Positions 25,774 to 34,972 of a stretch of DNA of 64,000 nucleotides are shown here, in pieces; position 1 is the first letter of the stretch, and every line of letters starts with the position of its first letter. The notes below the pieces were generated by a model, which did not search any database, was not told where the DNA came from, and saw nothing but the letters and a program-made list of their open reading frames with translations. Origin of the DNA: Giardia intestinalis (taxonomy: Eukaryota); the NCBI GenBank assembly GCA_000002435.2, contig CM018793.1; one strand, written 5' to 3'. The position numbers and the translations under genes were made by a program.

Positions 25774-28587
25774 ATGTCCTGGTCATCACTGTTCGCGCTT
25801 TTAATTATTGCTATGCATGCTCATGATGAAGTCTGCGCACGCTGCCTTCATGATAAGTGCTTGCAGACGAGGCACGGCAGTGTATGCACTCATTGCGAGA
25901 CTGGATATGTCCCCTTGGAGGGCCGGTGCACCGCCACGGATGTGTCTTTCTGTCTTGTCGAATCAGAAGGGGGAGGTACATGTTCTCAGTGTGCCTATGG
26001 ATATAGAGGCCTCCTAAATGGTTGCTATCCTGTGCCACTGTTTGGAGTGCTTGACGGTAATGTATCTGCTGCCTCAGCCTTTTACATTTCCACTCACGTC
26101 CTTCTTAATGGCCAAATTCTCTTCACGGGGTGCTTTGCAAACAATGAACTGCCCATCAATGGTGTCTGCGCCGAGGACACTGACAATTGGTGTGCTCAAT
26201 CTGGAGAGACTGACTTTAGCTATGGAACGTCCTGTTTGCGGTGCACAGGGACTAATGTGTTCTATTTCAAGGGAGGATGCTATAACACCAAGACAGAGCC
26301 TGGCAGCCTGATTTGCAAGGCAGCTTTGGATGGAGTCTGTACTGCTTGCAATACCGATAGCGGCTACGTGTTCGAGAACCCTAGTACAGGTACGAAGACA
26401 GACCAGTGCATATCATGCGGCGATGGATATGGAGCCGATGGGTACAGTGGCGTTGAAAGTTGTAAAACATGTGTAGCGCCAAGTGGAAATAGCAAAATAG
26501 CTACGTGCTCTGCATGCCCAGATGGCTATAAATTTAACATTGCACACACTCGGTGCTTTAACTGTGCATTGCAGGGGTGCTTAAACTGTGATGGCTACGA
26601 CAGCTGTGAACACTGTGACACCGGCTTCTTTATGGCTGATCAATCGTACAGCAAAATCTGTGTTACGACGTGTCCATCAGGAACGTTCCCGTTTGTCAAC
26701 TCCACTGGATATAATAAGTGTTTCTCGTGCTCAAGTTCTGATGGAAGTGATTCTATAGCTGTAGAGCGCATACCAGGCTGTGAAACATGCGCAGTTGGTA
26801 GTGGCAACCTCCTGACATGCAGCGCATGCCTACAAGGGTATCAGCTCACGCCCACTGGATGCAAACAGGTTTGCGCTGACGTATTAGGGTGCGGTTTAGA
26901 TGCTTGTACTGTTGTCATAGGCTCTATGTCATACTGTTCAAAGTGCAAAAGTACAAATAACTATGCGCCCATAAACGGAGTATGTGAATATGTTTCCATG
27001 AATGATAAGTCTGGTTGCAGAAGAGAAGAAACTATCGCTGGGGTCTGTCCTCAATGCGGTGAGGGGTATTTCCTGCACATGAATGGTTGCTATAAAGCTG
27101 ATCAGGCTCCAGGAAATCTTGTGTGTAGCAGTGTTGGAACTGGTAGTCGATCTCTTAGAAACGCTGGCGCAGGGTTGTGCAGCGTCTGCGGGTCAGGGTA
27201 CCGTGCTAAGCATGGGCGGTGTATATCATGCAATAAACAGCACTGCCTTGAATACATCCCAAACACTTGTGTATGCACGCTATGCGAGGACAACGTTCTC
27301 CTAATTCAGGGGGAGTGCGTTTCGTTTCCCAGTTCCGGGTGCAAGGTGCCCTACTGTGCGCTGTGCGAAAAGAAGCTGGAAGTGTGCACGCGTTGTGAGG
27401 CCAGCTACTATATCACACCCCTGCACGGATGCACAAAGGACTGTGAAGACCTCATGGGATACCACAACAACGCTGATCTGGGCAAATGCGTTAGATGCAG
27501 AATTAGAAACTGTTACAAGTGCTACGATAGCGCTCGCTGCTCAGAATGCTCTACCGGATACGGGCTCACGGACAACCAGCAATGTGTACGGTGCCCCAAG
27601 AACTGCTTTGCATGCGCACATCACAATAAGTGCACGACATGCAAGTCTGGATACATCTTGAGTGACTCCGAAGTATGTGAGTCGGAGGATGAGTATAAGG
27701 TGGATTGCAAACATGCTGACGCTAAATACATCAAGTACGAGTTCGCACGTCATATAAAGGGATCTGTGCGCCAGAGATTAACGGCCTCCATGTGTTCAGA
27801 ATGTAATGCTGGTAAGGTGCCCATAAACGGTAAGTGCGTTTCAGTATCTGCAAAAGCTCCGAGTTGCACGCCTGGGACCGGGGAGAATGCTGGAAAGTGC
27901 ACCCGCTGCATAAGTAGTGGCAGCTCAAATAGTACCTTCCTTTATTCAGGGGGTTGCTACGATAGCAATACTAACGTGGGTAAGTCTCTCTGTGCAAGCG
28001 TTGGCGACAACGGATTGTGCGCCAGGTGCCCACGGGGCGGGTTTATGCTCGACACCAGTCGTAATGAGTGTGTACCGTGTCCCATGAACTGTATGAAATG
28101 TAACTCATCTGGCTGCCTAAGGTGTGATTCTGGCTGGCTGCTTATCGAAAGTGAGTGCGTGCCGTGCAAAAAAGGCTGCCTTGAATGCGGCAGTTCTTCA
28201 GACAAGTGCACAAGTTGCATCACTGGGTACTACGTAGCTGGAGCCACTACGTCATCTGGAAAGGAGGGGATATGCCGTAGGTGTGATGATACACAGGAAG
28301 TAGACGGTTGGAAAGGGATCCAAGGATGCACACTGTGTACACCACCAGTTTTTGCTGGAGAGGTGCTATGTTTGTCCAAAGAAGTGATAGAAGATGTAGT
28401 AACCCGCTCGCTCAGTTCTGGGGTCGTAGCAGGAATCTCTATTACAATAGTAGTTGTGGTTGCAGCGATCGTGGGGGTCCTAGTTTGGAAATATGTTTGC
28501 AAAAAGAAATCATCCAAACGCATCAAAATGGTTGACATGGACGTCAGCATCAATACCAGCCAGTACATGTCCACAAGCACTGTGTAA
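25774..28587 (+). CDS. high-cysteine membrane protein (HCMP; VSP-like ectodomain, non-VSP cytoplasmic tail)
   Basis: The ORF track starts at a TTG (25753); the ATG at 25774 gives the signal peptide MSWSSLFALLIIAMHA. About 38 CXXC motifs. GGCY motifs are present (FYFKGGCYNTK, LYSGGCYDSNT, NGCYKADQ). A single C-terminal TM segment (GVVAGISITIVVVVAAIVGVLVW) is followed by a 30-aa basic tail, KKKSSKRIKMVDMDVSINTSQYMSTSTV, rather than CRGKA. Confidence 0.75.
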   Translation: MSWSSLFALLIIAMHAHDEVCARCLHDKCLQTRHGSVCTHCETGYVPLEGRCTATDVSFCLVESEGGGTCSQCAYGYRGLLNGCYPVPLFGVLDGNVSAASAFYISTHVLLNGQILFTGCFANNELPINGVCAEDTDNWCAQSGETDFSYGTSCLRCTGTNVFYFKGGCYNTKTEPGSLICKAALDGVCTACNTDSGYVFENPSTGTKTDQCISCGDGYGADGYSGVESCKTCVAPSGNSKIATCSACPDGYKFNIAHTRCFNCALQGCLNCDGYDSCEHCDTGFFMADQSYSKICVTTCPSGTFPFVNSTGYNKCFSCSSSDGSDSIAVERIPGCETCAVGSGNLLTCSACLQGYQLTPTGCKQVCADVLGCGLDACTVVIGSMSYCSKCKSTNNYAPINGVCEYVSMNDKSGCRREETIAGVCPQCGEGYFLHMNGCYKADQAPGNLVCSSVGTGSRSLRNAGAGLCSVCGSGYRAKHGRCISCNKQHCLEYIPNTCVCTLCEDNVLLIQGECVSFPSSGCKVPYCALCEKKLEVCTRCEASYYITPLHGCTKDCEDLMGYHNNADLGKCVRCRIRNCYKCYDSARCSECSTGYGLTDNQQCVRCPKNCFACAHHNKCTTCKSGYILSDSEVCESEDEYKVDCKHADAKYIKYEFARHIKGSVRQRLTASMCSECNAGKVPINGKCVSVSAKAPSCTPGTGENAGKCTRCISSGSSNSTFLYSGGCYDSNTNVGKSLCASVGDNGLCARCPRGGFMLDTSRNECVPCPMNCMKCNSSGCLRCDSGWLLIESECVPCKKGCLECGSSSDKCTSCITGYYVAGATTSSGKEGICRRCDDTQEVDGWKGIQGCTLCTPPVFAGEVLCLSKEVIEDVVTRSLSSGVVAGISITIVVVVAAIVGVLVWKYVCKKKSSKRIKMVDMDVSINTSQYMSTSTV

Positions 28588-28792
28588 ATTACTGTAAGAT
28601 AATGTCGGCATCATGTCTTGATCCACGGGTGTTCGCCCTTAGTGTCCTGGACAATACAGTGAGCCTCCACGGAACAAATACAAAGTCCTTATGGTGTTCT
28701 CATAGTAGTAGAGTTGTCGAACATATTTGCTTAAAAGTTTTTACACTCCAATTTGCAAAAAAGTTTGTGTTTTAACTTTGTTTTAAATTTTA

Positions 28793-31700
28793 ATGACAAA
28801 CCCGCCTCCTCTCGCAGAGACGATCCTGCAATGCAGCAACCCGGAGCAGGAGATGTTCCGCTCTCTCAATGTGGACATGAGCGACCGCAATGACGAGATC
28901 ACCAACAAGCTTGTCCTCAGGGAGTACATAAATATGAAGCTCCAGACCCTTGGATACGAGCCAATTCCGTCGTTAGAGTCGCTTGTACTAACAACACCTG
29001 GTTCCACAAACTCACAGAGTGCTTCACAGGCAAATACGCCTGGCCCTGCCCACTGCATCCAACCCTACAGCAAGCCTTGCGCAGAGTCAGGTGTGACGTC
29101 CGCTCAACATGAAGTTGTGACGGTGTCGTCTATTGCGCGAGATCTGCTGAGGTCTCTCCGTATTGCAGACATTGCACTAGCGGATCACCCATCTCCTGTT
29201 GACATGCGTATCCAGGACTTCATTAACCAGGACCTGAAACCCTTCCCAGGCCTCTCTGCGGACGAGGTAGCTGCACTGAATCTTCCTCCGAAGGCGAACT
29301 GCTTCTCTATGGATCGCTGTGGAATCTCATTCGAGCTATCTACGCCTTTTGACTCGAACTACTACAAGGCAAGTGGCACAGAAGCAGTTCACCTCCCGCA
29401 GGGTCTCCTTGCCAACCCAGAGTCTGACAAACGCACCACAGTGGGAACATTTCATGTTGCAGAAGGTCATCTGCCGATTCCACAAGATAAACTGGCGGTC
29501 CCCACGCGAACCTTCATCCACTTGCTTTCACACGCCCTACATCCACCGAAGGAAACGATGGAGCTTCCATTCACGGGTACCCTCCCTGCTGAGAAACGCT
29601 GCCGCTGCTGGTGCTCTGCCTACCTGACCCCTGTGGTGCAGCCAGGCGTCAGTGCAAACTTTCCTCAGAAGCACATGGAAGTGCGCTTCTTTGTTCCAGG
29701 AGCCTACGTCAGCAATTTAGCATTCGTTGAGTATATTTTTGGGAACGCTGGGGATCCCAGCCTTCCCGAAAACGATCTCTGGCTCAAGCCTGACCGGAAC
29801 ATTGGGGTCACCAGCTGCATCATCATAGCGCCTCACCTGCGCAAGCTCCGAAAGAAGGACCTTGGCCTGCCTAACGTTGCGGATGCAACAGATCGCCAGA
29901 AGAGGGATGGAATGTGCTGGGCATCTGAGGATGAACTGTACAATGGTGGAAAGGCGTTTAAGATCTGTTACCGCTCCAAGGAGGGTGTGTCGATCACGCT
30001 TGTTGCAGACACCTACTACGGCTACTCTAAGAAAGAGATAAAGACGCAGATTTCATATGCTGCCAATGTCCGTGGAAATGCAGAGGAGGAACACAGCGGG
30101 GGCTGTCTCGCTTTCCCTGTTATGTCGTGGGGTCGCAACTTCCGTGCGGATGATAAGCGCATCGGGCTTGTTTCTACCGTGGACGAGCATTCGAATCCAC
30201 GCAGACTTGTTCGTGAAAACTCGTGTCTTTCAACTGGCCTCCCGACAACCTGTCATACGTTCAACGAAATGAGGAAGCTTTTGGCTCCATCTCCAGCGTC
30301 CCTATTCCTGACACTTACCTCTCAAAATTCATCGGGACACGATGGTTCTTCCAAGAAGAGTATTTCTGCGCACGTGAAGCCTGTTGCCACTTATAACAAG
30401 GCAAGGGGTGTTCTGATTGACACTCGCTACCCAGATGACATCGTTTATGTGCCTGAGACTATGTCTATCGATTTGGCCACACGGCACATCAGCTGGACTC
30501 ACCCTGAGTCGGGGGAGCAGATCACAGAAACCATCCTGGCCAATGTCGACTACATCCTCCCTAATGGATACCGTGTTCGCTTAATTCGTCACCCTATTTC
30601 CCATACCTGGATGATTAAGGGAACAAGCGCCGAAGCGATTTGCAATTTCCATAAGCCATTCACTGTCTCCGGGGGTGGAAAGTCAGAGATCAGCAAATCG
30701 GTCCTGGACGCAATAACTTCGGGGACCTTCTATGTAAAAAACTTCGACGATCTAAAGACACAGGTTGATACCGTGTTCAACTACGACTTTCCTAAGAGGT
30801 TCCGCGACGGAAATATCAAGGCAACATCACGCCACATCCTGTCCGAAGATCGTACGCTGGGGTCTGTGATCAAACTTCTAACGGTTGACTATGATATCTA
30901 CACCGATGAGTATAACGAATGGCTCGAAAAGCTTCATAAGGAGATGCCGGATGTCATTGGCTTTATCTTTATTCTAAAGGCTCTCTATCGCCCGTCCTGG
31001 GGTGACTACGACAGCTGGAAAACCAGATTCAGGGTTGATAAGATGAACGGGTCAACAAGTCACACTATCATTTACCAGGATGCACCCCTGGCCGTTAACT
31101 ATTTGAGAGTGGGGTCTGAGAGGGACGAGAAGGGAATGTGGAGGTGGCGAAATTATCGCCTACGCGCAGATTACTACCCCAGCCAGAAGATTCAAACAGA
31201 GGATGACATTACGGCGTCCACAGTTGTGCGCAGCAAGGACCTTTACGACATGGAGATGGACGCAAGCTCAGCGTTGATGGGGTCGCACTGTGGATTGCCT
31301 ACGCCCAATACAGAGGGCGATGCCTCCGAAAAGTCCTACAAATTCGTCAGCAATTGTGAGTACCGCTTTTTCCAGCGCCCGGATGACTGCGTACACCCAG
31401 GAGCAGATAAGCAGTGCGAGATGGACCTCTCTCGTTGCAAGGGGAGGACCTTCATCACAAACTTCCAAAAGATCACTAGAAGCGAGTGCAAGGCAATGGC
31501 AGCCGATGTAATGAGCCTCGAAAAGTACACACAGCCTGTTCAGCAGCTGATCCGCGACTTCGCAGCAGGCGCTTATCCACATGAGGAGTACTGTGTCGTC
31601 TCGTCTCTTCCACGCATTACAGGGACAAAACCGGACGGCACTCCCATTCGCAGTGCTAATGTCCGCTACCTCCAAGACAGGCCTGAGTGGTACGAGCCGT

Positions 31701-32785
31701 GCAAGCGCGAAAAGTACTCTAGCGAGATTTCCCTGCGACTGGCGCGAGGGATAAGTCTAGAGAAGCCTGTGCTCCTGCCTGTTTCGCTGGTCGTTCCGGG
31801 GCGTAGACTGAATCCTAAGGACGGAGATATCAGGCCTCTCGCGGTCTTCAATCCGATGCACTATCAAGAGCTCCCAGAGCTTTTCATGGATCTGATCCCG
31901 TGTATCACCGGGAAGTCTCCATCCACGACTGGAGCTGGCGTTGAGGGGGCGCTCACAAAGGGCCCGTTCAACAGTATTCTTCCGATAGTGGACCTCAACA
32001 ACTGCTTCCTTTCTCTTGTACTCACTGGAACGCCATGCTTTTCAACAGCTGCAGGCTACATCGGCCACAAGTTTAAGGTAGATCACGACATTTCTCTCAT
32101 CATCCCAGAGGTCCTGAGCAGGATGAGCGTTGAAGAGAGGACCCCGAAGTATCTCATCTCTCACAAGTTTATGGAGAAGATTGAGGATTTCGAACACAAT
32201 GGAAAGCATATCCCTGCATCAATCCTCGGTTACCGTATCACTTGGAGTTTTGTCAAGACGTTCTTTGCGAGAGTCTTTGATTCCGTTCATTCCCTCTTCA
32301 CAGAGGAGCATCTCAAGCCTGAACTCCAGGACATGGATGCGTTTGCAGATGGTGTCCTGAACATCCACGAATCGCAGCTGCGAATAATCGACAACTATTT
32401 TGCAGACGGCTCAGTTAACGAGGCAATCCCACCTCTTAAGTACCTCCTTCACATCTGCAAATACGGCGAGTATAAGGGCCTGAAGCTCCACTCCCCCGAG
32501 TTCAGAAAGATGTTTACTCGCGACTACGTGTTAGATAGCGACTGGTATCAGCGACGCCTTGTGGTTAAACAGAGCTTAGACCTGAAGCTTTTAGAGAAGA
32601 ATATCAAATACGTCTTTAACTTCTCCAAGAACGAAGCCATTGCAGAGGAAGCAAACCGTCGCGGCCTGTGTGTGGATAGGGTTCTTGCAGAATCCCTTGC
32701 ACTGAAGAGCTATATTGGCAGCAACAAGTATCTCAACGATCTGGTCGGCACAATTGGTGTGCAAGTGTGGGGTGACGAAGATTGA
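28793..32785 (+). CDS. large conserved hypothetical protein (1,330 aa); probably an enzyme, family not recognised
   Basis: Uninterrupted 4-kb ORF. ATG at 28793 with initiator 'ttttaaattttaATG'. Globular and non-repetitive composition, with no TM segment and no low-complexity stretch. AGTGAAT poly(A) signal 26 nt after the stop. Confidence 0.5.
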   Translation: MTNPPPLAETILQCSNPEQEMFRSLNVDMSDRNDEITNKLVLREYINMKLQTLGYEPIPSLESLVLTTPGSTNSQSASQANTPGPAHCIQPYSKPCAESGVTSAQHEVVTVSSIARDLLRSLRIADIALADHPSPVDMRIQDFINQDLKPFPGLSADEVAALNLPPKANCFSMDRCGISFELSTPFDSNYYKASGTEAVHLPQGLLANPESDKRTTVGTFHVAEGHLPIPQDKLAVPTRTFIHLLSHALHPPKETMELPFTGTLPAEKRCRCWCSAYLTPVVQPGVSANFPQKHMEVRFFVPGAYVSNLAFVEYIFGNAGDPSLPENDLWLKPDRNIGVTSCIIIAPHLRKLRKKDLGLPNVADATDRQKRDGMCWASEDELYNGGKAFKICYRSKEGVSITLVADTYYGYSKKEIKTQISYAANVRGNAEEEHSGGCLAFPVMSWGRNFRADDKRIGLVSTVDEHSNPRRLVRENSCLSTGLPTTCHTFNEMRKLLAPSPASLFLTLTSQNSSGHDGSSKKSISAHVKPVATYNKARGVLIDTRYPDDIVYVPETMSIDLATRHISWTHPESGEQITETILANVDYILPNGYRVRLIRHPISHTWMIKGTSAEAICNFHKPFTVSGGGKSEISKSVLDAITSGTFYVKNFDDLKTQVDTVFNYDFPKRFRDGNIKATSRHILSEDRTLGSVIKLLTVDYDIYTDEYNEWLEKLHKEMPDVIGFIFILKALYRPSWGDYDSWKTRFRVDKMNGSTSHTIIYQDAPLAVNYLRVGSERDEKGMWRWRNYRLRADYYPSQKIQTEDDITASTVVRSKDLYDMEMDASSALMGSHCGLPTPNTEGDASEKSYKFVSNCEYRFFQRPDDCVHPGADKQCEMDLSRCKGRTFITNFQKITRSECKAMAADVMSLEKYTQPVQQLIRDFAAGAYPHEEYCVVSSLPRITGTKPDGTPIRSANVRYLQDRPEWYEPCKREKYSSEISLRLARGISLEKPVLLPVSLVVPGRRLNPKDGDIRPLAVFNPMHYQELPELFMDLIPCITGKSPSTTGAGVEGALTKGPFNSILPIVDLNNCFLSLVLTGTPCFSTAAGYIGHKFKVDHDISLIIPEVLSRMSVEERTPKYLISHKFMEKIEDFEHNGKHIPASILGYRITWSFVKTFFARVFDSVHSLFTEEHLKPELQDMDAFADGVLNIHESQLRIIDNYFADGSVNEAIPPLKYLLHICKYGEYKGLKLHSPEFRKMFTRDYVLDSDWYQRRLVVKQSLDLKLLEKNIKYVFNFSKNEAIAEEANRRGLCVDRVLAESLALKSYIGSNKYLNDLVGTIGVQVWGDED

Positions 32786-32810
32786 GCAGGCTGAGTCCGA
32801 TAGGGCAGTG

Positions 32811-32817
32811 AGTGAAT
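32811..32817 (+). promoter_or_regulatory. AGTGAAT polyadenylation signal of the 1,330-aa gene
   Basis: 'cagtgAGTGAATttg' lies 26 nt downstream of the TGA at 32783-32785. Confidence 0.5.
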
Positions 32818-32857
32818 TTGCGTGTGCTGCATCTTTATGTGGAGCTTGGTTGCAGGG

Positions 32858-32864
32858 ATTTACT
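32858..32864 (-). promoter_or_regulatory. AGTAAAT polyadenylation signal of the convergent kinase gene
   Basis: Plus strand 'atttact' is AGTAAAT on the minus strand, 26-32 nt downstream of the kinase TGA (plus strand 32890-32892). Confidence 0.45.
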
Positions 32865-32889
32865 GCGGAGCACGACGGTGCGTTCTGAC

Positions 32890-34875
32890 TCAAGAAAGGC
32901 GTCTCTGCGTCAAAACGCCGCGAGGGATTGAGATTGAATGATGAACTGACTGTGCAGATGAGGTCCTGCCATGGCTATTGACGGGACTATTGCTTCGCAC
33001 GTGCTGACATGTACGGTTTATTTGACGAAGCTTTTCAATGCAGCGAGTAACAGAGTCTGCATACTTTAAGGATGCAAACCCCTTGGGGTTCCACTTAGCA
33101 GATTCATATTTCTCATTATAATCTTCCTGGAGTCTTGCCGGGGAAGGATACGAAAAGTGCCGTACGTTTTCCTTGATTATAGAAAAGGCAGAATGCGATC
33201 GTTGTGCAGCACGCTCATCCGGCATATTACGCAAGTCTGTTAAGTTCTGCATTTCTCGGAGCTCTTTAATGGTGCAAAATTCGTCAAACTTCGACAAGGA
33301 TGCTTCCATCTGTGCGGCCAGAACATCCTCATCTCCATCTATAGGAGTGCTGATTCTGGCAACATCAGTAGTGGCCAGACGCTGTGCTCTAGCAGGCTCC
33401 TCACTGCGGGGAGAGCTTGGAGTCGCTGAGAAAGCACGTCTCTTGTCAACAGCTGAATCGGTAGGAAGTGCACATCTTCTATTATAGCGCTCTGGAGAGA
33501 TGTTACTGTAAAGAATGTAGCCCCGCGACGGAGAAATAGGCTCATCAACCAATCTGCTAGATTGCACTTTATTGGCGTGCCTATCCATTGACCTATCGTT
33601 TGAGGCTTCTGGCTCCATGATCCTGATACTGTTTCGGGCAGAAGAATGGGAAGAAGAGTTAATCCGTGGCTTAGCGTCATTGCTATCATCCCCAACTGTT
33701 CTAACAACACTTTCAGTAAGAGGAAGGCTCCGCAAGATGTTAAAGAGGTACTCCAGCGAACATTCATCAATACTCCCAGACCATGATAGCTTGCAAAGAA
33801 GCTGCTTCAACTCGTCACAAGTTTCAACCCTAAAAAGAAGCTTTCTAGCTATATCGCTGGGCACGTACAGTTCCCTTTTCAAATCATCCGACAAAATATC
33901 TTTGAAACAGGGATTACGGAGGAGTTGAGATGCTCTAGGTCGAGCGGCTGGGTTTATGGTCAGCATGGCCTCCACCAGCTTAACTAACTCAGAGGATCTC
34001 CCCGGCAAGCATATGCCGAAACGATTTTCTCCCGAAAAGTATGCCTTTTGGACATCGGTATTGGGGAAAAGGCGCTCCGTAGTGGCCATCTCATAAACAA
34101 CGCATCCAAGAGCCCAGATATCATTCTCCACCCCAGCTACAGAATAGTACGCTTCAGGAGCCCTGTATCCTGGCGCTCCAGCAAAGCCCGACTCCTCTGT
34201 GTTAGTAACGTAGTCAAGGGTAATGTTCTTCAACTGCCTCAGCTCCTCTTCATCAAACTGTGCCGCCATAGTAAAGTCTGCTAGCTTGATGTTATTATCG
34301 TAGTCCAACAAGATGTTATCTGGCTTGATGTCACGGTGGGGTATGGGGAAGTGAATACGTGCACTGTCCACGGTACCCTGATCATCTTCTGTGTTGCCAG
34401 ATTTGTCGTCTATGCAGCTTGGCCGTCTACTGGTCGATCTGGAAAGTAATTCAGGGATTTTGTACCATGCTTCTGTCGATGGATCGTGCAGATAATGCAG
34501 AGCACTGAGAAGTTGGTACGTGTACTTCCATATGTCTGCCTCAGGAATGGGTTCCCTGCGTCTGCGGTGGCTCTGAATAAGCTTCTTGAGAGAGTATTTC
34601 ATGAGAGGCATAATAATATTGATTGTTTGCAGCCTGCTGTCAATGACGACTTCCCGTACGGGGAGGATGTATGGGTGATGGAATCCCTGCATTAGGTAGC
34701 CCTCCCTAGACATCCCATAGTACTCCTTGCTGTCTCGGTCAATATCGCCATAATAGATAATTTTGACCACCAACTCCTCTCCAGTCGCCCTATCCATGCA
34801 ATGGTGTATCTTTGCCTGTGTTCCCATGCCAATCATTGCCGCTACGTCATACTTTAAGGCGATTTTGCTCTGCAT
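32890..34875 (-). CDS. atypical Ser/Thr protein kinase (DFG replaced by DFT; large insert before the catalytic loop)
   Basis: The ORF track starts at a TTG (34890); the ATG is at 34875 (MQSKIALKYDVAAMIGMGTQAKI...VVKI). Catalytic loop 'HRDIKPDNILLD'. 'KLADFTMA' stands in place of DFG. 'APGYRAPE' is present. A hydrophilic insert of about 45 aa lies between 'LHYLH' and HRD. The C-terminal 300 aa are S-rich and low-complexity. Confidence 0.6.
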   Translation of the reverse strand: MQSKIALKYDVAAMIGMGTQAKIHHCMDRATGEELVVKIIYYGDIDRDSKEYYGMSREGYLMQGFHHPYILPVREVVIDSRLQTINIIMPLMKYSLKKLIQSHRRRREPIPEADIWKYTYQLLSALHYLHDPSTEAWYKIPELLSRSTSRRPSCIDDKSGNTEDDQGTVDSARIHFPIPHRDIKPDNILLDYDNNIKLADFTMAAQFDEEELRQLKNITLDYVTNTEESGFAGAPGYRAPEAYYSVAGVENDIWALGCVVYEMATTERLFPNTDVQKAYFSGENRFGICLPGRSSELVKLVEAMLTINPAARPRASQLLRNPCFKDILSDDLKRELYVPSDIARKLLFRVETCDELKQLLCKLSWSGSIDECSLEYLFNILRSLPLTESVVRTVGDDSNDAKPRINSSSHSSARNSIRIMEPEASNDRSMDRHANKVQSSRLVDEPISPSRGYILYSNISPERYNRRCALPTDSAVDKRRAFSATPSSPRSEEPARAQRLATTDVARISTPIDGDEDVLAAQMEASLSKFDEFCTIKELREMQNLTDLRNMPDERAAQRSHSAFSIIKENVRHFSYPSPARLQEDYNEKYESAKWNPKGFASLKYADSVTRCIEKLRQINRTCQHVRSNSPVNSHGRTSSAQSVHHSISIPRGVLTQRRLS

Positions 34876-34972
34876 TGGCTTCTGTTGCAACTTTTTTACC
34901 CTTTGATTTACTGACTTTCGTTGTAAGCGCCCAAAAGACTTGTCGCCCAGGCTGATACTTCCCTTTGACGAA

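Noticed and set aside
25753-28587. Variant-specific surface protein (VSP) call for the cysteine-rich membrane protein
   Set aside because: The ectodomain is VSP-like in its CXXC and GGCY content. But the protein ends in a 30-residue tail (…KKKSSKRIKMVDMDVSINTSQYMSTSTV), not the invariant CRGKA pentapeptide that defines VSPs. I classified it as HCMP.
30184-30200. tRNA T-loop-like string 'CATTCGAATCCAC'
   Set aside because: It lies inside the 1,330-aa CDS (encoding …DEHSNPRR…). No acceptor, D or anticodon arms can be drawn around it. The match is coincidental.
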